64,000 nucleotides of DNA, taken from Camelus dromedarius (Eukaryota). The notes beneath the pieces were generated by a model. It worked only from the letters and a program-made list of their open reading frames with translations. It was not told the DNA's origin and ran no database searches. Each line of letters begins with the position of its first letter. Position 1 is the first letter of the stretch. Shown piece after piece: positions 50,911 to 64,000 of the stretch. The position numbers and the translations under genes were made by a program. The stretch lies in the NCBI RefSeq assembly GCF_036321535.1, contig NC_087436.1, positions 99,140,001 through 99,204,000 on the forward strand, read 5' to 3'.

Positions 50911-52431
50911 ACACGTAAGAAGAGGTCTAGGATAGACAATATGATCACCAATGCTTGCTTTAGAGTAACAGCATTAGTTTTAGTTTCACAGACATTGAGC
51001 TGTTCTTTAATGATGTCAAAGCACTTATTGCTATCCCTACTTTCTCTGGAGGGTATAATCCTTTGATATGCTCAGTGAGAACTTCATGTGTTTTCATTTT
51101 CCACTGTTGCTTCCCTGTTTAAAATATATTAATATTGTATCTTTATTATTATTATTTCAACAGTTAACAATTTAAAAAAAACTTTCTTGCTGTAAAATAT
51201 ACTGCATAATTTGTGTAATTATTTTATTTTGTATGTAAGCCAGATTTTCCTAAAGTGTAAACAAAATAATAATGACATAGTTGTAATGTGTAAAATCCTA
51301 TAATTTAACATACAAAGATGCATTTCCTCCATTTGTATACTTAATACCTCAAGGACATTTCATCATGTCACACATAGTTCTCACTTATGCTGTCTTTGCT
51401 GTAGCTATTTAGCAATTTTGAAATCTTTGCAACTCCATAAAATGTTGTGCCCGAGGGATAGCTTTTCATCAGATTTATAATGATCCCTGTATTTTTCAAT
51501 GCTTAATTTTTATGATATTTTATCAGTTTATATTTCTAAGAAAAAAGTAGTTCAAAAATTTCATTATATTGTAGCATGAAAACAAAGGCAGATTTCTGCT
51601 TATCTAATGTTCTTGAAAATTGATTTAAGTCAAGGTCTGTAACTCAGACTGGTGCTACAGTTTTAAATACTACTTCCAAAGACTTCTTCAAGGTGGATGG
51701 AGAGAAGGTTAGGTAGTAGAGTGAGTAGATTGGTAAAGAGAAGGCAAATGGGAATATATTATCACAGCTGAATGACAATAGAGTGATATTTACTGTATAT
51801 TAATTCTGAGAAACTGGTACTTTGCAATATTTACACATTATGATGGCAAGCACTTTTGGTCCTATGTATGGCACAAGGGGCAGAAAAAGTAATTGTAAGG
51901 AAGTCAGAATTTTCTCACTCTCAAAGAAGAGATTCTCTGTTCCCAAACAGGAATTGTCTTTTATTTCTCCTCTTCTATTAACTATGCATGAAAGCAGCAG
52001 TATCCTCTAAAGCATAAAATTGGAAGTTACTGGTCGTCATCATCAGACCTGATTATAAATACAAGAATTAGCTCTTCCTTCCATGCACTTGTCATTAGTG
52101 CTGGTCATCTTTCAGAAACATGGTAAGACTGTACCTCCTAGGAAATTAAGTTTGACTGTATGACTTGCTGTGGCAAATAAATAGTAATGTATGTCACTTC
52201 CAAGAAGAAGCATTAAGAGCCAGTAAGTGACTTACGTCCACTCTTCTCATGTAGGGGATACTGAAGTGTGTATCAAGATGGAAGCCCCTGCAAACCCACT
52301 TTGGACACAAGAATTTAAACGATGATTCTTACATTGCTTATTATAGCAGCACATGTATTAGCAAATCCAAACAGAAACAGCTCAAAGTCAGAAAGTATCA
52401 TGCTTATCGTTTCATAATTCAGATTATAATA

Positions 52432-52868
52432 TCTTGGGAGACAATCTTCAAGCTCTCTCATGTGTTTTCATATCTTGTGAGTCAATACACTGGTTGCCCT
52501 TTGTTCTAGTTTTTCAAAGATACATGTATTAGCAAACAGCCTTGGAAGACAGAAAGAGTGTGTCCTTTTGGGCAAAAGGGTAAAAAGTAGTCCATTATGA
52601 AATATTCTGATTCCCTGAACTTGGAGTTAACCAACTGTAAAGCAAAACCACTGCATGTGTAGTATCAACTAGGCACCATTTTTTACGTTCATGGGACGTG
52701 GAGAGCAAGGGGATCCAAGGCAACCATGATATCGTGCAACTTGTGGTGCTGTGTGCAATATAACTCTCATCTTCCCAACTAAGAAATTCTGCATCTTCTA
52801 CCAGCACCTGTGGCTAACTTGTTAGCTAGAAATAGTCAAAATCTTTTACCCTTTCAAAGTTCTTGTCC
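52432..52868 (+). mobile_element. LTR40-like ERVL solo LTR
   Basis: 'ttgggagacaat...ctttgttct...aacagccttggaaga...ggctaacttgttagct...aaaatct...gttcttg' is colinear with LTR40. Confidence 0.75.
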
Positions 52869-53504
52869 AGAGATTAGAAAAAAATTTTAAATGCAAATAT
52901 TGAAATAAAGCAATGCTATGACATTATTAGAAGATAAAAGATAATAAGAACAAATTTGAAACAGAGGTACTTTCATATAAACAAGTTAGTATAGTGGTCT
53001 TCAGAGGGCTTAAAAGCTTGCAAGTATACAGCAGAATGCATTACATACCATGTGATCAATAAATACATGGCTTGAATTAGTAACTCAATTTTTTTTCTCC
53101 CTTCAAGAGAGAAGTAACTCAATTTTATTGCCTTAAGTTATTAACAATTTATGCATATGTTTGCATGTGATTCTTATCTTGGATTCATAAAAATGATGGG
53201 AAATCACATTTTAGTCCATGCAGATAGTTTGACTTCTGATAACATAAGCAATAAGAAAAGCCTACAGTCAAAAAACATTTCCATCAACCTTACTATGCTG
53301 ATTTAGACATCCCTAAATCTCAATATTTAGCATAAAACACATTAATCAATTGACTACTAATGCTTAAGATTAATATTATTAAAATACACATGGAAAGCTA
53401 TCAGAGGGAAAGAATGGCTTCAAGCCACTGTCCAGCAATTTAATGAGTATGAATTGTTATGAAAACATTAATAAAGGTGATTGCTGGAATTTATAAAGCC
53501 CCTT

Positions 53505-53690
53505 TAAAATTTCCAAAATCATTGCATATATTATTCAAAATATTCTTTATAGTAAACCTATGAATTATAGGCAGCATTACAGTTCCCATTTACAGATACA
53601 GAAAGGCTCTACCAGTTTAAATAAAAGTTTTTCATTAGCAATAGGGCCTCCTGAGTCACAGCTCACTGTTCTTTCTACTGTAGAACATTA
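53505..53690 (-). mobile_element. MIR SINE
   Basis: 'cctatgaattataggc...cccatttacagat...ctcctgagtc...tgttctttctact'. Confidence 0.6.
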
Positions 53691-54269
53691 GCTCCCTGCA
53701 TGCAAATGAGATATATTACATAGGTACCTTGTAGAGTTGAACTATTATTATCTATGAGTTCACCAAATATCATCTTAGATCAAGATAACCAATGATAAAA
53801 TTCATAAGAATTTAATCATTCTTTTCTTACCATCAACACTGAAATTAGTTTCCAGATGCAAAATATGTAAAATGCTGTCTGAGAGATACAAGAAGAATGT
53901 GCACCACCCAAAGACTCCACTATCTAATATCTAATAAACTCTTCAGGAACTCTTATGTGTGGAGGGGACAAAAAATGGTGTATAGAAGTTCACAATGTGC
54001 TAAAAGCACTAGTCATTGAAAACAGTCCAAACTGCTCACCTTGTTGGGTAATTATGATAAGCAAGGAAGCCTATTGGTTATAAAAATATTTTTTAGGGTT
54101 TAACATGACAGTTACAAAATTATGCAATACTCATCAAAACAGCAGCAACCCACCAAAGAACAAAGGTGATGCACACATTAAGTAGTATAAACAGTGTGAG
54201 GTAAACTGCATAATTATCTCATTTTTGAACAGAACTTTGTGTTTTCCTTTTCAAAAATGAAGGTTGAAT

Positions 54270-54422
54270 GGGGGAAGGGTATAGCTCGATGGTAAAATGT
54301 ATGCCTAGCATGCATTAGGTCCAGAGTCCAATCCCTGGTACCTCCAGTAAAATTACATAAATAAATAAACCTAATTACCTCCCACTCCAAAAAATAAAAT
54401 AAGTAAAAGAAATATTTTTTTT
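54270..54422 (+). mobile_element. tRNA-derived camelid SINE (Vic-1-like)
   Basis: gggggaagggtatagctcgatggta...caatccctggtacctcca...aaacctaattacctccc plus an A tail. Same family as 6133-6272. TSD aaatgaaggt(t/a)gaa at 54255-54268 and 54423-54436. Confidence 0.9.
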
Positions 54423-54662
54423 AAATGAAGGTAGAAAATGTTCATGCAGTACAATGTGTAGACTCTGCATTATTTCTCAAACTCATTTCACCTAAGCTTC
54501 TATATGCATTACTAGTATTAAACTTAGTGATCTAATAGAATTCATAGAATTTGCATCTCCCTTATTTGAAATTTTGCCTATAAATAACTTCGTATACAAA
54601 GATGCAAATCTACCCAGAATTGAATGCAGAGACTGAGATTCTAGCAAGAGTTTCTGCTATCA

Positions 54663-55218
54663 TCTATTTACAATAGCCAAAACATGGAAACAGCCTAAAT
54701 GTCCATCAACAGGTGACTGGATAAAGAAGATGTGGTATATTTATACAATGGAATACTACTCAGCCATAAAAACCGACAACATAATGCCATTTGCAGCAAC
54801 ATGGATGCTCCTGGAGAATGTCATTCTAAGTGAAGTAAGCCAGAAAGAGAAAGAAAAATACCATATGAGATCGCTCATATGTGGAATCTAAAAAACAAAA
54901 ACAAAAACAAAAACAAAGAAACAAACAAAAACAAAGTGTAAATAAAGGACAGAAATGGACTCACAGACAGAGAATACAGACTTGTGGTTACCAGGGGGGT
55001 GGAGGGTGGGAAGGGATAGACTGGGATTTCAAAATTGTAGAATAGAATACACTGTATAGCACAGGGAAATATACACAAAATGTTATGATAACTCACAGAG
55101 AAAAAAATGTGACAATGAGTGTGTATATGTCCATGAATAACTGAAAAATTGTGCTGAACACTGGAATTTGACACAACATTGTAAAATGATTATAAATCAA
55201 TAAAAAATGTTAAAAAAA
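54663..55218 (+). mobile_element. Young 5'-truncated L1 (ORF2 C-terminus and 3' UTR), 17-bp TSD
   Basis: Encodes ...[31 protein letters not shown]...SLICGI*. TSD aagagtttctgctatca at 54646-54662 and 55219-55235. Confidence 0.95.
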
Positions 55219-55721
55219 AAGAGTTTCTGCTATCAGATAGTTTTTTGTTGTTACTTTGCATGCTAAAAGAAACCCAAGTCATGCCATGTAAATAAAGCTA
55301 GTAGCTATTTTCATTTTATTTCAATGGTTGAAATATTTCAAAGATAATTTATATGAATTAGCAAATGTTCTGAGGCTAAGTAACCCTGCAGAGTGACTGA
55401 GATGTTATCAAAGACGTTTTCAGTTTTCTATTGGCTTTTCCATTTTCCCTGTGCACTTTCTTGTAGGAGGCAACTTTATCCCTATTTACTTGTCAGTTTT
55501 AGAGGCTATTCAAAGAACTGTAAGTAAAGATGAAAGTCAGTGCATTTAATAGTATTCTGGGCCTTTATGATTTTAAATTGGTAGGACTGCACTGTAATGG
55601 GGGTTGTGAAGTAGCTGAATTTATTAAGGCAAAATTGAACATTCAAGCTTCAAAGTATCAGTATTCCAAACCATTGTAACTACATTATGTTTAAGTGTTT
55701 TCAGCCAAATTATAACCTCAC

Positions 55722-55818
55722 ATCCTTCCTTCCTGCCTTTCTTTATTTCTACCTTCCTTTCCTTCCTTCATTTTTTTCTACCTTCCTTCCTTCTTTTTTT
55801 TCCTTGTCTCTTCCTTTC
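55722..55818 (+). repeat. (CCTT)n pyrimidine-rich repeat
   Basis: Direct read of the sequence. Confidence 0.85.
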
Positions 55819-58800
55819 AAGTTAGAATAACATTTTCCTTAATAAAGTATTGTCCCATTTGGATTTAGTATAAATTCTGAAGAGCTTATCACTTAGATGA
55901 ATACTAGACAGTTTCAGGGATTTACCCTAGGGGTGAAGAGGTGGGGAACAGTCTTGAAAACCACAGGAACATGAAATTCTCCATTGGGTTTTATTCAGAA
56001 ACATTGAACACCATGGCAATATTTGAAGGAAACTTATGAAACAAGTAAATTGTATATTTATATATTTTTCTGTTCTGTTTCAGTATACCTGTATATACAG
56101 TATACAGTATAGCAACCTGATGTCCTGTTCTACTGGTTTTCCATTTCTTTTGATCACTAGAAAATTAATCTGACATCTTGTCATCTGCTCAGTGTGCCTG
56201 ATAATATTAACTTACCCTTCTTTTCTACTACTACTTGGCTATAGCCTTCTTAAAGATGTGCATAATATGTCACTTCTCCTGGGAAGTTCCTTCAAATGGA
56301 TACCATCCCTCCACCATCCTAACATAATTTGTGTCACTGACTGAAAATACATCCTTTGGCATTTTTCATATTACTGTCGTCATCTGTAGACGTGTCTACA
56401 CATGTACATGTAACAGATCACATATAACTCACACACTCATACATACATCATCTCAGTTAGGAATTTTATTCTTACATGTTATAAGCCCAAGAATGTATTT
56501 TTAGGATATAGCCTAAATATATATAGAGGGTATTTTATTTTTCTATCATATAATAAGAAATTTGGAAGTTGGAATTCTGAGCAGATGCACCAGCTCAAAG
56601 ACGTCAGTGCTAAGGTTCCTGAGTTTGCTGAAATGGCTACTGGAGCAAGGTCAGTACAGTGAAAACAAAATTTTTTAAGATACACAAGATTTATGCTTAC
56701 ATCTCTTTCTACATAAGACTTAACTGAATGAGTTCAGTACAGTCCAACACTGTGTTCCCTAGTAAATGAGATGCTTATAATATTTTCCACAGTCTACATG
56801 GATGCAATTTTTAGTCAATTCTCAGCTTTTAAGCTTGATATCTATTTAGGCAGCCAACTTCTAGCCAGTTTTTGATATCTAGGTGTCAATCAGTATTATT
56901 GTAATGATACATATTATGATGTTACTCTTCATATGTAAGTCAAAATTGATCTGAAGCCAGCTGTGTGGCATACAGTGAACAATGCACTAGAAGAAGAGAG
57001 GTGAAGCTACTTCATCTTATGCACATTATCCCATTTTACATGCTACAGACTTTTTTCAGAAGTCCCATACCATTTATTTAGTGTAGAAGACACACCAAAA
57101 CCATTAATTAACTTAGATTGTATATAATCTGTTATTTTGACATAAATGAGCTGTTAGCACAATGTAAAAAAATTTAAAATAGCATTAAAAACAATTCATT
57201 GTTATCTTAATCTTATCAATTATGTATGAAATATGTCACCTGGCTTTTTTTTTCTTCCCAGATTTAGCTTCCACACTATACTTAACCAAAACCTAGTTTT
57301 TAAAGATCATAATGAAGGAGATTTATATTAGAAAAGATAAGAAGCTTACATGAATGTGATATGTCAGTATTTCAATGACAAGCCTACACATATTAGGACT
57401 AATACTACGTAAAGAAAACTTTAACATTTTAGCTCTTATTCTTAGTAAACAGAACATACACACATATCTGTAATATATACATATTTATATATACATACAT
57501 ATCAGTAAATATGATATTTCATGTTCACATATTCATTATACAAGGTACTAGAAAAACAAATGGATAAGATATCGTTCTTCCATAGTCTATAGTGTAGCAC
57601 AGAATATAAGTATGAATAAATAAATTACAATATAGTACAATAAAATGTAAAAAAAAAAAAAGCCCATAATGCAATAATAGTATGATAAAGATAAAAACTG
57701 GCAATGTTTTGAGAAACCTCTTCCTTGTTATGTACAAATTTGAGACTGGCAGCAGCAGGTTTTTTCAATAATAGATCTCAGTCTTCAATAAAGAAATAAA
57801 TAATCTGCAGGCCAATACACAGAGGCCATTTTTTGGCTTATTTTCATAAAAGTGTTCAAAAAGCAGTAATATTGAAATAACTGGAAAGGTCAATTAAGAT
57901 TGGTGAAACAGCAAGAGCAAGTCAGCATTATTTTACCGTAGGGTAAATTTCGTGGATTAGCAGCATCTGATAATATATCTGACTAACCACAAGTTTGAAA
58001 GACCTATTAAGATGAGAAATTCTTAATGAAGATTATAACCTTAATTTATTGACTCTTTGTTCCGTATAGATATGCCAGAATGTTTGCCATACCATTGTAT
58101 TCAAGGAAAACATCTGATATTAACACTACAACCAAGAATTTATCTTTTATTTTTATTATCCTAACCTATAAATAGATCTAGATCATATAAATTTTGTCAG
58201 AATAGAGATGTAATTGCAAACAGCTCATCTGCCAGGTATTAAAAATTATGTGTAGTGATGACACAAATTAAACACTATAATCACACCTTTACAGTATCAG
58301 GGAAAAATGAAAACACCTTATTAGTCCATGTGTTATATTTTTAAAAGCATAAATGGAAATCTCTCCATCCCATCTCTTTACACAAGCATTTGAATATATC
58401 TAATTTGACCATTTGTTTCTTAGCATCACTGTTAATGAAGTGTGTGTGTGTGTATGTCTGTGTGTGTGTGTGTATCAGGATGATTGAAATTATTCAGAAC
58501 AGTTCTTTGAGTGGTAGAAGAGAGATGGAGAATGAGAGGAACTTCAGATTTTAAAACATGCTGCAATTCTTTCTCTCCTTTTTTAGTGAAGGGGATCCAT
58601 TTGAAAACATAAAGCTACTGTGCCCTACTTTCTGTAATGACAAGTAAATGCTTATCATTATATTTGTATCACATCACCACATTTTTTCCAAAAACAAACT
58701 AAATCTGAGTCTGTGCTCCAACTGCCATGAGAAAAATTTTCATGAAACATTTCAGCATTTTTACTTTCTCCTCAGTGACTCCTTGGGTTGTCTGAACATC

Positions 58801-59229
58801 CAGGGACTTGAAATTTCTATACTCTTGAATTTTATTATTTTAGACCTATACTGGTCACCAAGTCCTGCCAAAGACTGTTTCATCCCCTGAAAACAGGCAG
58901 TTATAGATGAGTTTTGTTCTTGTTTTTGTTTTTGTTTTTGTTTTTGCCAGTTGCCCATATAGCCCTTTGCTGAGAAAATGACTCAGTAAGTTCACCCCTT
59001 AGTAGGGAATCACAAGCGTCTGTCTTCTAACCATCCTTAGTTCTAGACACTTTTGTCCTCACGTCCCACATCAAACAATAACTGCTTTCCACAATCACGT
59101 ACATAACATTTTATTTTTTTGTATTTTTTTACTTTCTTTAAAAAAGTTAATGTTCATTTTGGAGATAATGGAAAACTCAAATCAGTAGAACTGCTAAAAT
59201 CTCAAACCAGATGGAGGTGGATGAAAAGA

Positions 59230-60680
59230 AAAAAATGGTCTTTTTCTGGCCTTTCTGGTGTGTTATTATATTTGTCTGTTATTCCACCAATCTACACTGT
59301 CTTGCTGACTGTAACTTCAGACTGCAGCTTTCATAATGGTGGGTAGGTCAGTCCTCCCACTTTGTTCTTCTCCCTCAATATCATGTTGGCTATTCTGGGC
59401 CTTTTGCCTTTCCATATAGACTGAGAATCAGTTTGTGGATACCGAGAACATAATTTTCAGGGACTGTGAATGGGACTGTATTCAAATTATAGATGGATTT
59501 GGGAAGAACTGCCATTTTGACAATATGGAGTCTGTCTATCCATGACCATGGAATATCTCATTTATTTACCTCTTTGATTTCTTTCATCAGAGTTTTATAC
59601 TTTTCCTCATATATATCTTATACATGTTTTGTTTGATTTACACCAGAGTAACTTTTTAAGCAGCAATGTAAATAGTTTTGTTTTTAATTTTAAATTCCTC
59701 TTATTTGTTGCTGACGTATTTGTTGCTTTTTTATTTCATTTGTTCTTTGATATTTTTATTTATCACAGTCCACCTTCATATAGCCAGTTAACATATAGTG
59801 GGAACTTTATAATATATATTTTCATGTTGTCCCATCCATTCTTTATGTTACCAATGTTTTACTTTTGTAACACATAATAGACTTAACACATTGTTAGACT
59901 TTTTGCTTTAAATAACAGAAAAAATGACTTTTATATTTAGCCTTATATTCTTTATGTAGATGTAAATTTTCATCTGGTATCACAGTGTTTTTTCTGAAGA
60001 ACTTCAACTTTTCTTATGTTGCATATCTACTGGCAGTAGATTCTGTCAGGTTTGATTCTCGAAGTAAAGTCTTTATTTTACTCTCATTTTGGAAAAAAAA
60101 AAAAAACAAACTATTTTCACCAGGTATAGAATTCTGGGGTTAAGTATTTTTTTCTTTCCGAATAGAAAGATCTGGTTCCATGATCTTTCATCTTGTACTT
60201 ACAATTTTTTTTTTCTTTAGAATACAATTCCCTGTCCCCTTTGGATGTCTTAAAGAGATTCCCTTTTCAACTGTATGAATATGATGTATCTACATGTTTT
60301 ATTTTTTGATTTGTTGTTTTCTGTTTATGTTTTTTTTTTAATCTTGTTTGAGTTTGCTGAGCTTCCTGGTTATGTGGGCTACTGAATTTCATTAATTTTT
60401 GAAAATCACAAGCCTTTATCTCTCTAAATATTTCTTCTATCCTGTTTTATCTGTTTTCTCAGAGACTTTCAAATGCATATGTTATATCACTTGATACTTA
60501 TTTATATCATACATATTTTCAATCTTTTTTTCTTTTTCAGTTTCAATAATTTTTATTTAGCTATCTTCAAATTCACTGATTATTCCTCAGCTCTATCTAG
60601 CCTGCTGATTCATATTTTTGAAGTAATTCTTCAAAGTTTCTTTTTACTTTTTAAGTATTTCCGTTCATTTCTTTTTCATA
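59230..60680 (-). mobile_element. Old L1M fragments (ORF2 part at about 59230-59720, upstream part beyond)
   Basis: Antisense ORF2 motifs: tcctcccactttgttcttct, ttggctattctgggccttttgcctttccatata, gagaatcagtttgt, atccatgaccatggaatatctc. Confidence 0.75.
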
Positions 60681-61049
60681 TATAAGTGAGAAGGAAAAAT
60701 ACTGAGTATGTCACTAAATTGTAGTTAAACAGAATCTGGCTTTGCAAACAATAGAAACCAGAGGCTTTCTGGCAATCCAATTAGCACAAGCTGATGTAAG
60801 GTTTTATCTTAGAATTATTTTCAGGATGAATCACCTTCTATCCTTTTTACCTTGAGTTGTTATGATTAGTATTCAAGTTGCAGGGAAATAGATTCAGATT
60901 GGCCTCGCCTGGGTCATGTTTCCACTCTTGCTAGTCCTCAGGCCTTAACACGTGTTTATGAATTGTTAGACAAAATACAAAATGGAGAAAGATTATTTTC
61001 CAATGGAAAATATAGGTTCTTTATTCACTAGAATTATTTTCCCAACAAG

Positions 61050-61345
61050 TTCTTTCCTCGTAACTCTTACAGGTGAAATCCTCCTTATCTTTAACAGCCT
61101 ATTTTGACTACTAAATTTTCTATGATATCTTCCCAGATTCACACCGTCAAAGTCCTTAATTTCTTTCTGTCAAGAAGGCCATGGCACAACAGTATTGCAT
61201 GAAGTATTACACTGCATTATAAAATCACTTAACTTTTTGCCAATTTTTTTCCTGGCTAAAATTTGAGATATTAGTATCATGTCCTCTCCTTTTTACTTAG
61301 TTTATTTCAATTTATGTGCTATTTGAATAAATAAATGAATGCATG
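61050..61345 (+). mobile_element. L2 3' end
   Basis: 'aaatcctccttatcttt...' ending 'tatttgaataaataaatgaatg'. Confidence 0.5.
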
Positions 61346-61924
61346 CACTAGGGAAAAATGAACTTTTCTTAGACTGAGGTAAATATAGAGCGATGTATCT
61401 CAGAAAATAAAGCCCCACATTGTGTGAGTTACACAAAAGCACACATGCATACACACACATACCTCACCCAGATTGCTGTGGACATTTTATTTATTGTCTG
61501 GAAGATTAAAGAAGGCTCTTAAAGAACAAGCAATGGTTATTTCTATTTTATAGTAAAATAGACTTAATTCTTGCAAGGTTTTAATTTACACAGTTTTATT
61601 CTTAGATCATATTGTCCATTATCCCTAGATGAGAAAAATAATTGAACTTGATTTGGAAAAATAGCTCATAATAATGGAATTAATGCCAGTTTCAATGTAG
61701 CTCTCAAGCATTACAGAATGAGACTGCCCTAATCTTTAAACAAAAAAAAGGCAGACAACTTTGTATTTCAAAGGGACTGGCACAGCTGGTGAATCAACCA
61801 ACATATATGTGGCCGAAGGAGATTTAAAAATATGCCCCACTGCCCACTTGTACAAAAACACCTTGATTCCATACAGAATAAACTTTTATTCAAAATTGAA
61901 CTGTGAAGTTTGAAAATGAATTCT

Positions 61925-62471
61925 CTTTCTTAACATTTTTTATTGAGTTATAGTCATTTTACAATGTTGTGTCAAATTCCAGTGTAGAGCACAACTTTTC
62001 AATTATACATGAACATACATATATTCATTGTCACATTTTTTTCGCTGTGAGCTACCACAAGATCTTGTATATATTTCCCTGTGCTATACAGTATAATCTT
62101 ATTTATCTGTTCTGCGTATGTCTGTCAGTACCTGCAAATTTTGAAATTCCAGTCTGTCCCTTCCCACTCCCCACCCCCTTGGCAACCACGAGTTTTTGTT
62201 CTATGTCCATATGTCTGTTTCTGTTTTGTATTTACGTTCTTCTTTTTTTTTTTTTAGATTCCACATATGAGCGATCTCATATGGTATTTTTCTTTCTCTT
62301 TCTGGCTTACTTCACTTAGAATGACATTCTCCAGGAGCATCCATGTTGCTGAAAATGGCATTATGTTGTTAGTTTTTATGGCTGAATAGTATTCCATTGT
62401 ATAAATATACTACTACTTCTTTATTCAGTCATCTGTTGATGGACATTTAGGCTGTTTCCATGTCTTGTCAC
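61925..62471 (-). mobile_element. Young 5'-truncated L1, 14-bp TSD
   Basis: Reverse complement of the same 3' end as 54663-55218. TSD tgaaaatgaattct at 61911-61924 and 62472-62485. Confidence 0.95.
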
Positions 62472-62910
62472 TGAAAATGAATTCTTTTATGCCCTTCAGG
62501 TACCAAATGGACTGAAGACTCTGAGATGTTATTAGCATTTCCAAAGCACACCAAACAGGCAATGAGAGCCTCTGAAGACTACAATCCAAGTATGCATTCA
62601 AAGCGTGACCAAAGCAGCTTTTATGTAACTTAGACTTCTTTTCAGGGTCCACCAAGACTTCTTTTAATGTCTAATGTGTATCTTGTGCTATTTCTTCTGT
62701 GTCTCTGTGCCTTTGCTTCTTGCTTTTCTCAGGGTCATATAGTGTGTTTCTATCAAATACACACACATTACATACACATACAGATGCACACAGACATATA
62801 TATTACAGAGGGACAGAGAAAGAGACAGTGTGTGTGTGAGGGTCATATACTCTGTTAGACTTTGAACATGTGTAGACAAAAAATAAAAATAAATTCATCA
62901 TTTCTTTTTT

Positions 62911-64000
62911 CAGCAGCATGTAAAACAATGAAGCTAGAACACTCCCTTACACCATACCCCCAAATAAACTCAAAATGGATCAAAGACTTAAACATAAGAC
63001 AAGATACAATAAACCTCCTAGAGGAAAATATAAGCAAAACATTATCTGACATACATCTGAAAAATTTTCTCCTAGAAGAAATAAAAGCACAAATAAACAA
63101 TTGGGACCTAATGAAACTTACAAGCTTCTGCACAGCAAAGGAAACCATAAGTAAAACAAAAAGACAACCTATGGAATGGGAGAAAATCTTTGCAAATGAA
63201 ACCGACAAAGGCTTGATCTCCAGAATATATAAGCAGCTCATATGACTTAATAAGAAAAAAACAAACAACCCCATCCAAAGATGGGCAAAAGACCTGAACA
63301 AGCAATCCCCCAAGGAAGACATACAAATGATCAATAGGCACGTGAAAAAATGCTCAATGTCACTAATTATCAGAGAAATGCAAATCAAAACTGCAATGAG
63401 GTATCACTTCACATCAGTCAGAATGGCCATCATTCAAAAATCTACAAATGACAAATGCTGTAGAGGCTGTGGAGAAAGGGGAACCCTTCTACACTGCTGG
63501 TGGGAATGCAGTTTGGTGCAGCCACTGTGGAAAACAGTATGGAGATTCCTCAAAAGATTAGGAATAGACTTACCATACGACCCAGGAATCCCGCTCCTGG
63601 GCTTATATCCAGAAGGAACCCTACTTCAAGATGACACCTGCACCCCAATGTTCATAGCAGCACTATTTACAACAGCCAAGACATGGAAACAGCCTAAATG
63701 TCCATCAACAGATGACTGGATAAAGAAGATGTCATATATTTACACAATGGAATACTACTCAGCCATAAAAACTGACAGCATAATGCCATTTGCAGCAACA
63801 TGGATGCTCCTGGAGAATGTCATTCTAAGTGAAGTAAGCCAGAAAGAGAAAGAAAAATACCATATGAGATCGCTCATATGTGGAATCTAAAAAACAAAAA
63901 CAAAAAAACAAAGCATAAATACAAAACAGAGATAGACTCATAGACATAGAATACAAACTTGTGGTTGCCAAGGGGGTGGAGGGTGGGAAGGGATAGACAG
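62911..64000 (+). mobile_element. Young 5'-truncated L1 running off the window
   Basis: Continuous L1 ORF2 C-terminal sequence, then a 3' UTR with the G-rich tract. Confidence 0.97.
62913..63890 (+). pseudogene. LINE-1 ORF2p C-terminal region (post-RT and CCHC knuckle), truncated, one premature stop
   Basis: ORFs 62862-63245 and 63327-63890 are in the same frame, separated only by TGA at 63243-63245. Motifs [43 protein letters not shown] (CX3CX7HX4C), MEYYSAIK. Confidence 0.95.

Noticed and set aside
52351..52536. Exact 15-mer acatgtattagcaaa repeated 171 bp apart
   Set aside because: The copies lie in two different decayed LTR remnants and do not bound an insertion, so this is plausibly chance.
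80..62879. Remaining 60-120 aa ORFs in the supplied track
   Set aside because: Their lengths and compositions are as expected by chance in AT-rich non-coding DNA. Many lie in repeats and none has a recognisable domain.
62855..63388. 177-aa minus-strand ORF (also 54875-55174 and 61969-62319)
   Set aside because: These are antisense frames of L1 ORF2 or the 3' UTR, which are common artefacts and not genes.

Overview
AT-rich, CpG-depleted mammalian genomic DNA, most likely a camelid (Camelus/Lama/Vicugna). The species inference rests on two tRNA-derived SINEs resembling camelid Vic-1 and on the absence of Alu, Bov-A/BovB, PRE-1 and CanSINE. I could not identify any host protein-coding exon, RNA gene, CpG island, CRISPR array or novel genetic system. 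The only real protein-coding signals are retrotransposon-derived: the C-terminal part of a young LINE-1 ORF2 at the right edge and a decayed CR1/L3 reverse-transcriptase fossil at the left edge. The window is a layered record of transposons: ancient CR1/L3, L2, MIR and hAT; eutherian MaLR/ERVL/ERV1 solo LTRs and L1M; and lineage-specific L1 and SINE insertions with readable target-site duplications (TSDs). The best-supported notable structures are an L1 with a short 3' transduction, a twin-primed inverted L1, a young L1 nested in an old L1, and a closely spaced inverted L1 pair. There are also a near-perfect RFX X-box, a tight bZIP motif cluster and a few splice-flanked candidate exons. Repeat subfamily names come from remembered consensus sequences and need RepeatMasker/Dfam confirmation. 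Boundaries without TSDs are approximate.
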